Source: a virus
Reading direction: 5' to 3' (one strand)
Length of the DNA stretch: 64,000 nt
IMG/VR virus record: IMGVR_UViG_3300027983_000011
Location: 5,938-69,937 of that record
The translations under genes and the position numbers were made by a program. Below the pieces are notes generated by a model. That model had not been told where the DNA came from and made no database searches. It saw only the letters and a program-made list of their open reading frames with translations. Shown here in pieces: positions 57,513 to 64,000 of this stretch; positions within the stretch are counted from its first letter, which is position 1, and every line of letters starts with the position of its first letter.

Positions 57513-58421
57513 ATTTTTATAAAATTCCTCTCATATTTAAAAATTTCATCATCTGGACTTGCTCCATTTTCGCACCGACGACACATATCAAAACATGAAT
57601 ATGGTTTTGGAATAATGTCGTCATAACTCTGCGTCAATAGATTCCCTATAATGTTTTCTAGCCCGTAGTCCATACAACACAACATCACAATTTGGCAACA
57701 TGACATTGTGATATAACCGCTCTTCACATTTGCAAGTTTTTGGAACATCGGATATGCCCGCCGACTTAAATCTATCTCTTAGTTTGAGAAGTTCGGGCTT
57801 CATCGTTGCTTCGCCTAAAAGATTACCGGCACGGTCCCACATCTGATATACTACAGCACTTTCGTAAATGTGTTTAACATCCTTGTGCACCGCACCCATG
57901 GCCATCACGCTAAAATTAGTAATTTCACACTCAACCGTTTTTATTCGCTCTATCACTTCAATGTATCGTTTAGAAATCGGATGTTTAGCCAACCTTTCAT
58001 CGTCTGGTAAGTGTAAAACAAATCCACCGTTAGGATTGGGTGAAAATGGTATATTTTTAATTCTATCTACATCTTCAATCGTCATTCCGATTCCGGTAGT
58101 AAAAACCGCGACCAAATGGCCCTTGGTGTGAGCATACAACAACATATCGGTTGTATCTTTATTCAACCATGGTTCTGTAAATCCTGCGAATGTTATTCGC
58201 ACCTGTGTGGGCAATTTATCAAGAACTTTTTTAAAATTGTCCAACGTTAGCGTTTTTTCACCTGTATAAACTTTTTCCAATGTTCGCTGAGGACAAAACG
58301 CGCAATCTACAACACACCCCTTCAGCGGGATGGATGTGGTTATTTCGAGGGTTGGAAATTTTACAAGTTTCCACTTGTCCATGGACACTCCTGGAAAAAC
58401 TCTTACTTTGTTATCTTCCAC
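57509..58421 (-). pseudogene. Radical SAM/SPASM protein, frameshifted in the SPASM domain
   Basis: CVVDCAFC (CxxxCxxC), FAGFTEPW; LPNCDV then CCMDYGL...GNL...CRRC in another frame, shift near 57680. Confidence 0.72.
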
Positions 58422-58422
58422 A

Positions 58423-60966
58423 TTATCGATTGTCTATGTAAATTACTACCGTCGAGTAGTATTTGATAAAATGATCATTCCACAAATCCCACTTAATGTC
58501 TATATTATCCAGAGAAAAAACATAATGATTTATCAAGGTCTTTAAATATAAATCTCTGAATAGCCTGAACTTCTTTTTATCAGCTTCGGTATGTAAATGA
58601 AATTCACCCGCAATTTTCTTAACATTCTTTTTTATCCACTCATAATTTTTTTCATTAAAGATATCATATTCGCCACCCTCACAGTCAGTTTTTAGAAAGT
58701 CAATTCTATCAATTGAGTGATTTGCTAGGAAGGTTGTAAATTTTATACTACCGGCAAACTTTTTCTTCGAGTACATCGCCATTGAATCTTTATTAAAAAG
58801 ACCAGAAAATTCAATAGGACCATCGACTGCACCAATCCCCTTTGGTATACATTTAACCGGGACGGTAACATTTCCCATATTTCGCTCCAACGTTTTAAAT
58901 AATTCGGAATGTGGTTCGAAGCAATATATCTTTTCTGGTTTATTCGATGCGGCCATATACGAAAATGGTCCGACACTTGCCCCGACATCAACTACAACAT
59001 CACCCTCTTCGACATTAAAAAACTTTTGATATGTATTTTCAATAAAATTTTCTCGATTTACAATTTTTAAAAATTCTTCATTCTTTGAAATTTCCCCCCA
59101 CTCAAAATTAGTCGCTGACCCAACCGGATTCAACATATAATCTTCAGCTGCTTTCACATGGTCTCCGAGAGATTCCATCAATTCAATCATCTTAATATCG
59201 ACTAAATCTGGATGGACATACCAGTCTTCATAGTATCTCCAATCGTCAGGAGCAATATTTTTTGCAACCATTCTGTATCCATGACTCTCTAAGTATTTTC
59301 GAGACTCAACCATTACAGTACGAGTCGTATCACAATATGCGTCGTGTTCAAATGTAACGACGGCGAATTTTCGCTTATTGAACGGAATATTTAACAAAGC
59401 CTTGTACGAAACGTCCAGTGGCTCACAGTCTATTTGAAGATAATCTATGTTGGTGGGGAGTCCGTGGACGGTAAAGAGGTCTTCGTAATTTACAGTAGTG
59501 CCATCTTCTTTTACACACGGGTTCCGTCTTTCCGAAGAAAAGTCTTTTACAAAACCATCATCTATTTCAAGAGAAATTCCATTCCAATCAAATGACTGTT
59601 CTAAAAGAGCTGTATTACTTCCATAAAAAGGCTTACCAGAACCAACCTCAACGTATGTGCCGTTTCTTTTTCCATTTAACATAGTTAAAACAAATATGTC
59701 TTGATAAGACTCTGAAAAGTTTTTCTCAACTATTTGTGATCCGCTAAATTTAAATTTGAGTCTATCGAACTTGGTCTTGTCGTAACTCACAATCACATCT
59801 GTCTGTAGCTGATTTAAGAATTTCAAATTATTAAGGACTGCTCCTCTGTGCGTTAAATCTAAATTGTGGTCACGTATTAAATGCAAGAATGTATTTTTCG
59901 ATTCGCCACATAGGCCGACCCACCAAGAACTGACAGCTCTCTCGAAAATAATTCCATATTTTCCTGGGTAATCAGTCTGTATTAATAACGGGGGAGAATT
60001 GAAATCGCATATTTGTTCTCCTAAAGACGCTATGGTAAAGCAGTTTACCCAACCTTCCACATTTGATTCATTCTCATAAAAGCGGCTTAGTAGGTAGTAA
60101 GCCTCTGGTCGTCGCGGTAACAATACCATAGCTCTCTGTAAAAGTCCTCTCACCGATAGCCCCCGCGTACCCTGTTTTGAAAAACACATAGACGCTCTAA
60201 TTAAACCTTCATACGCAAACACATCATCGGATGCTCTTTCTGCTGCTCGAATGTAGTAAGAAATAGCTGATGCGGTTTGTCCAATGGAATCATAATAAAA
60301 TCCCAAATAGAAGTTTGTGTGAGGTGAAGCAGTATCTGTGATGTATCCTCGTAGTAAGGCGTGGATGTCTGAACCAATCACCTGTGTATAAAACTCATGA
60401 ACGCTAATAAGGTTTAACCACTCTCGTCTATTCTTAGCAAGGTTCTCATAAGTTAATGAATCGGTTGAAGTAAGTCGAAATGCTTTATTGTCACCCTTGC
60501 AAATTATTCCACATCCTTCATCGGTATCAACCACAACCGAAATCAATTCTTCGGAAGATCTTCTCAGTTTGACAAAAGCCTTCCAACAGTCACCGTTCCA
60601 CATTCCACCTTTATAGGGGATTGCTTGAGCCTGTTCACTCATTGGATTCATATCGTGGCAAATAATATAACCATTCGGATTTAAACACATCAAAGCATTT
60701 TTAATGTCTCGTTCAACTTGGTCAGCGTGATGTAATCCGTCAATAAAGATGATATCGAACATTTCCTCGTTCTGTCTAAAAAATTCATCAGAGTTCATCA
60801 CCAGCACAATTTCTGGATTCTTCCAATCGGATTTAACGGGATCAACACCCGTCTTTCGTTGGCAGATTACTTGATCTAAATTATTTCCATCGTATACACC
60901 GATTTCAAGATAAGACTTAGCACCAATCTTAGTAATCAGTGAATTTATTATAGCGGTTCTATTCAT
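58423..60966 (-). CDS. Multi-domain protein: class I methyltransferase + TPR + two FkbM-like methyltransferases
   Basis: YLEIGV..FDIIFIDGLH..HD; TPR RRPEAYYLLS; YVEVGS..IDYLQIDCE; VVDVGASVG..FEP..IDFLKTDCEGGE. Confidence 0.8.
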   Translation of the reverse strand: MNRTAIINSLITKIGAKSYLEIGVYDGNNLDQVICQRKTGVDPVKSDWKNPEIVLVMNSDEFFRQNEEMFDIIFIDGLHHADQVERDIKNALMCLNPNGYIICHDMNPMSEQAQAIPYKGGMWNGDCWKAFVKLRRSSEELISVVVDTDEGCGIICKGDNKAFRLTSTDSLTYENLAKNRREWLNLISVHEFYTQVIGSDIHALLRGYITDTASPHTNFYLGFYYDSIGQTASAISYYIRAAERASDDVFAYEGLIRASMCFSKQGTRGLSVRGLLQRAMVLLPRRPEAYYLLSRFYENESNVEGWVNCFTIASLGEQICDFNSPPLLIQTDYPGKYGIIFERAVSSWWVGLCGESKNTFLHLIRDHNLDLTHRGAVLNNLKFLNQLQTDVIVSYDKTKFDRLKFKFSGSQIVEKNFSESYQDIFVLTMLNGKRNGTYVEVGSGKPFYGSNTALLEQSFDWNGISLEIDDGFVKDFSSERRNPCVKEDGTTVNYEDLFTVHGLPTNIDYLQIDCEPLDVSYKALLNIPFNKRKFAVVTFEHDAYCDTTRTVMVESRKYLESHGYRMVAKNIAPDDWRYYEDWYVHPDLVDIKMIELMESLGDHVKAAEDYMLNPVGSATNFEWGEISKNEEFLKIVNRENFIENTYQKFFNVEEGDVVVDVGASVGPFSYMAASNKPEKIYCFEPHSELFKTLERNMGNVTVPVKCIPKGIGAVDGPIEFSGLFNKDSMAMYSKKKFAGSIKFTTFLANHSIDRIDFLKTDCEGGEYDIFNEKNYEWIKKNVKKIAGEFHLHTEADKKKFRLFRDLYLKTLINHYVFSLDNIDIKWDLWNDHFIKYYSTVVIYIDNR

Positions 60967-61958
60967 TGTGTAAAAGAGAAATCTAAAAAGTCTTCTATGA
61001 CTTTTAGCGGGGTTTTTAATATGTAAGCTGCGTTATCTTGAAATCCGAAAGTTATTAGTATGTCGTCAACGCCATAACGACACATTCCAACACTGAACTC
61101 TACTTGGGCGTCCATCATAAAGAATTCTTTTGAGTATTTGACAATGTTCCAGTTTTTATCCCATACAATAAACCGATGGTGATATACGGCGTCTTTTCTA
61201 CCGACTTCTGAATTAAATAAATCTACCTCGTGCGTCATGGCAAACCGATAATTTCCAATTGTTATAACCTGGGTTCCACCTCGTAAATCACGCCGTAAAT
61301 CGGTAGAACTGTCTGTCATAGCCACTGTCTCACACGTTTTTAAAGTGGGGTCAACCCGAACCACCTCAGTTGGCATAGACCATTTTACATAATGATATGG
61401 CATGTCGAGAATCGGCATCCAATTTTTTTCACAATACGATTTTGGATCTTTTGGTGGCGGAATGCGAAAACGTGATACTTCTTTGACACCATCTGCCCAC
61501 ACTTCAATCTCAGATAACTCCATACGACCTTCGCCATTTGTGGTGGTGTCACGTCTGACACCTGAAATATAGAGTTTTTGACCCCATTTAAAAATCCGCG
61601 CGTCTTCCAAACCAACAAATTCCCACAGTGGCTCGTAAGTATCAAACTTACTCATGTCAATTTTGAAAAATTTATTGATGTCAAGATTACTATCCATCTC
61701 ACAATAATAATTTGTTGTTCTAAGGTGTAAGTCGTTTTCTGGATGAAGATATGTTAGTGGTCCCCAGGGATGTAGAAATATTTTATTCTCTGAGTGGTAA
61801 AAGGTGTAGTTCACATGACGCACTACCACCAGTATTCTTCCATTGTCATTATAGACTGAGGGATTCATCAACCCCGTTCCACTAGTCAAGTCGGATGGTA
61901 TGATCAGCGGCTTAATCATACCGCCAGCTTTCAAGGCTTCTTTAACAAAATTATTCAT
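60963..61958 (-). CDS. Beta-propeller glycoside hydrolase/phosphorylase-like protein
   Basis: MNPSV, GLEDARIF, CEKNWMP, LRGGTQ, VEFSVG, ITFGFQD. Confidence 0.6.
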   Translation of the reverse strand: MNNFVKEALKAGGMIKPLIIPSDLTSGTGLMNPSVYNDNGRILVVVRHVNYTFYHSENKIFLHPWGPLTYLHPENDLHLRTTNYYCEMDSNLDINKFFKIDMSKFDTYEPLWEFVGLEDARIFKWGQKLYISGVRRDTTTNGEGRMELSEIEVWADGVKEVSRFRIPPPKDPKSYCEKNWMPILDMPYHYVKWSMPTEVVRVDPTLKTCETVAMTDSSTDLRRDLRGGTQVITIGNYRFAMTHEVDLFNSEVGRKDAVYHHRFIVWDKNWNIVKYSKEFFMMDAQVEFSVGMCRYGVDDILITFGFQDNAAYILKTPLKVIEDFLDFSFTQ

Positions 61959-62010
61959 AAAGTGTATCTATATATACTAAATGAAAAAAGTATTGTGTCG
62001 TTATAAGAAA

Positions 62011-62259
62011 TTAAACTTCGTCAGTCAAAAAAACTTTATCACCGGTGAGTATTTCAACCCGCGTTTTTAATGGCATTGTGATGGCCACAAACATATCTGC
62101 TTCACCGGGAACATCAATCGTAGAATATAGTCCCGACATAACGACAACTGGTTGATTAATTTTTTCTAAGATAACTTTTAATCCGGTATTTGGTGTAGCG
62201 TATGCAGACTGGAGGGCTGTTACTATATCATCCCTATTTAATTGTATTTCTGTTTTCAT
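62011..62259 (-). CDS. Hypothetical protein
   Basis: 82 aa ORF with sigma70-like promoter. Confidence 0.45.
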   Translation of the reverse strand: MKTEIQLNRDDIVTALQSAYATPNTGLKVILEKINQPVVVMSGLYSTIDVPGEADMFVAITMPLKTRVEILTGDKVFLTDEV

Positions 62260-62306
62260 AATTAAAGAATTTTACATAAACTGATACAACAGTCAAGTTA
62301 TAATAA

Positions 62307-63233
62307 TTAACACGACGAACCCTGTGTTCCGCTCGGTGGGTGGCCATCCAAGGCACATGGAGTTTCCCACCATGTGTCATACGCGATGCCAGAGTAGTCG
62401 ATAGCACTACCACTTCCACCGGCGCAATATGTCCACGTCTCATAAATGGTTCCACCATCATCGTAATACATAGTCCAATAGTGACATGCTGGTGCAGGAG
62501 TTGCTGTCGGTGTAGCTGTTGGGTTTGGCGTTGCTGTTGGGTTTGGCGTTGCTGTTGGTGCAGGAGTTGGTGTTGGTGCGTAGAATACTGGTGTGACACT
62601 CGTTGGGTATGCTGGCATTGTGAGATGGCCATATCGCACGAGTCCTATCTGACCATCGTCGGTTGTAGCGTAACCCGACCAGTAACCCCATGTGTAGCCG
62701 GAGATACCAGTACCGGTAATATTGACCCGCATTCCAGCTGCATAATTTCCACCACCGGACAGAGCCGAAGTACCCTGACCACCATTGACGGATAGAGTAT
62801 ATGTCGGGACCGGAGTTGGTGTTGGTGTAGCCGTAGGTGCAGGAGTTGGTGTAGCCGTAGGTGCAGGAGTTGGTGTAGCCGTAGGTGCAGGAGTTGGTGT
62901 AGCCGTAGGTGCAGGAGTTGGTGTAGCCGTAGGTGGCGGGGGGGTGGGCGTAGGAGTAGCCGTGGGCGCAGGAGTAGCCGTGGGCGCCGGAGTTGGAGTA
63001 TACGTGATATTATAATCACAAAAGATATTGGCAAGGTCAGTATTTGCCACATAACCCGTCGCACTTGTTCTAAGCCCGGTGGCGGCTCTCGGAGTCCTAC
63101 CATCAATTGGTTGGTAAACATCAATCAAATCTGTTGCGCCATCGTAAAGCTTCGTGGCATTGGTCTTGGTCCCGAAAGCATAGGACTTGAACAGGGTATT
63201 TAAGTCACTAGCTCCACTTTTAAAACCGCTCAT
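62307..63233 (-). CDS. Probable virion fibre/appendage protein with Pro-Thr-Ala repeats
   Basis: PTATPTPA repeats, InlB-B-repeat-like domain (YTLSV..GGGNY..G..V.I...GYTW..WSG), Cys-rich tip. Confidence 0.65.
   Translation of the reverse strand: MSGFKSGASDLNTLFKSYAFGTKTNATKLYDGATDLIDVYQPIDGRTPRAATGLRTSATGYVANTDLANIFCDYNITYTPTPAPTATPAPTATPTPTPPPPTATPTPAPTATPTPAPTATPTPAPTATPTPAPTATPTPTPVPTYTLSVNGGQGTSALSGGGNYAAGMRVNITGTGISGYTWGYWSGYATTDDGQIGLVRYGHLTMPAYPTSVTPVFYAPTPTPAPTATPNPTATPNPTATPTATPAPACHYWTMYYDDGGTIYETWTYCAGGSGSAIDYSGIAYDTWWETPCALDGHPPSGTQGSSC
62812..62998. repeat. 24-bp tandem coding repeat (PAPTATPT)
   Basis: GTAGCCGTAGGTGCAGGAGTTGGT repeated about four times plus degenerate copies. 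Confidence 0.85.
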
Positions 63234-63234
63234 A

Positions 63235-64000
63235 TTATTTAATAAGTTGCTTTTTAACTTCGTTCAGTTCTACGCGAAGTTCTTTAATAGCTTCAACCAA
63301 TAATGGAATGACCTTTTCATAATGGATTGTTTTATATTTCGCTGGGTCGATTGGTGCTGGAACTACCACTTGAGGGAGTACCGCTTCAACTTCTTGAGCC
63401 GATAAGCCAACTTCAAGTTGTTTTTTGTAACCGAGTTTTTGAGCTATTTCGTTTGGTTCGTAATAGAATCCATTCAGAGCATCAACTTTATCCAAGGCGA
63501 ATTTTATGTTGCCCTTGCGAGTTTTTAAAGCATTGTCTGAAAAATTGGCGGTGATAGTACCAGTGGCGGTCAGCGCACCAGCGATGGCAATCGTCGCTCC
63601 ATTGTCCGTTATAATACTGTTCCCAAGGGTTGTAGCAGCTGTGTATTTTGGAATATAGGTTGTGGTGCCAGATATAGAACCTATACCTTGGATTCCCTGT
63701 ATGCCTTGGATTCCCTGCGAACCAGTTGTTCCTTGGGTACCGGTAGTTCCTTGACGACCTTGTATACCTTGGATGCCTTGGGTACCAGTTGTTCCTTGGG
63801 TACCAGTTGTTCCTTGGGTACCGGTAGTTCCTTGACGACCTTGTATACCTTGGATGCCTTGGGTACCAGTTGTTCCTTGGGTACCAGTTGTTCCTTGGGT
63901 GCCAGTTGTTCCCTGGGTGCCAGTTGTTCCTTGTATTCCCTGTATGCCTTGGATTCCCTGGGTACCAGTTGTTCCTTGGGTACCAGTTATACCCTGGGTG
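63235..64000 (-). CDS. Collagen-like tail fibre with C-terminal peptidase S74 chaperone (5' end outside window)
   Basis: Single frame: (GTQGTT/GIQ)n...TANFSDNALK...VGLSAQEVEAVLP...IHYEKVIPLLVEAIKEL. Confidence 0.88.
   Translation of the reverse strand, partial: TQGITGTQGTTGTQGIQGIQGIQGTTGTQGTTGTQGTTGTQGTTGTQGIQGIQGRQGTTGTQGTTGTQGTTGTQGIQGIQGRQGTTGTQGTTGSQGIQGIQGIQGIGSISGTTTYIPKYTAATTLGNSIITDNGATIAIAGALTATGTITANFSDNALKTRKGNIKFALDKVDALNGFYYEPNEIAQKLGYKKQLEVGLSAQEVEAVLPQVVVPAPIDPAKYKTIHYEKVIPLLVEAIKELRVELNEVKKQLIK
63685..64000. repeat. Gly-X-Y collagen coding repeat
   Basis: 9/18-bp units such as CCTTGGGTACCAGTTGTT, with a longer block duplicated. Confidence 0.9.

Noticed and set aside
62480-64000. 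Regular repeats that could suggest a CRISPR array
   Set aside because: Units are tandem, multiples of 3, lack unique spacers and encode PT or collagen repeats.

Overview
This window is part of a large T4-related myovirus (jumbo-phage-like) genome, mostly encoded on the minus strand in the standard genetic code. The replication block has a gp32-like SSB, RecA/UvsX, a 5'-3' exonuclease, a short family A polymerase, a split-intein DnaB/gp41 helicase and a B12-dependent NrdJ with one contiguous and one split intein. The tail block has sheath, tube, a frameshifted chaperone, tape measure, LysM and baseplate genes. Also present are rIIA/rIIB with a MoxR-VWA pair, a complete IS200/IS605 element, a plus-strand accessory island between sheath and tube (RNA ligase, NadM-Nudix plus NAMPT, many decayed genes), and a glycosylation/methylation cluster beside Thr/Pro-rich and collagen-like fibre genes. 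The most notable observations are: (1) a translationally coupled nrdJ - Bfd ferredoxin - DUF6580/BtuM-like membrane protein unit, a candidate phage cobalamin-acquisition module; (2) two adjacent split inteins that each keep a fossil of their lost free-standing endonuclease; (3) two promoter classes, a sense-strand TATTTATA late motif and a TTGACA-N0-1-TTTATAAA subclass in front of anti-defence genes; (4) a shared N-terminal capsid-targeting-like peptide on several enzymes. Family assignments come from motif recognition only; no database searches were run.
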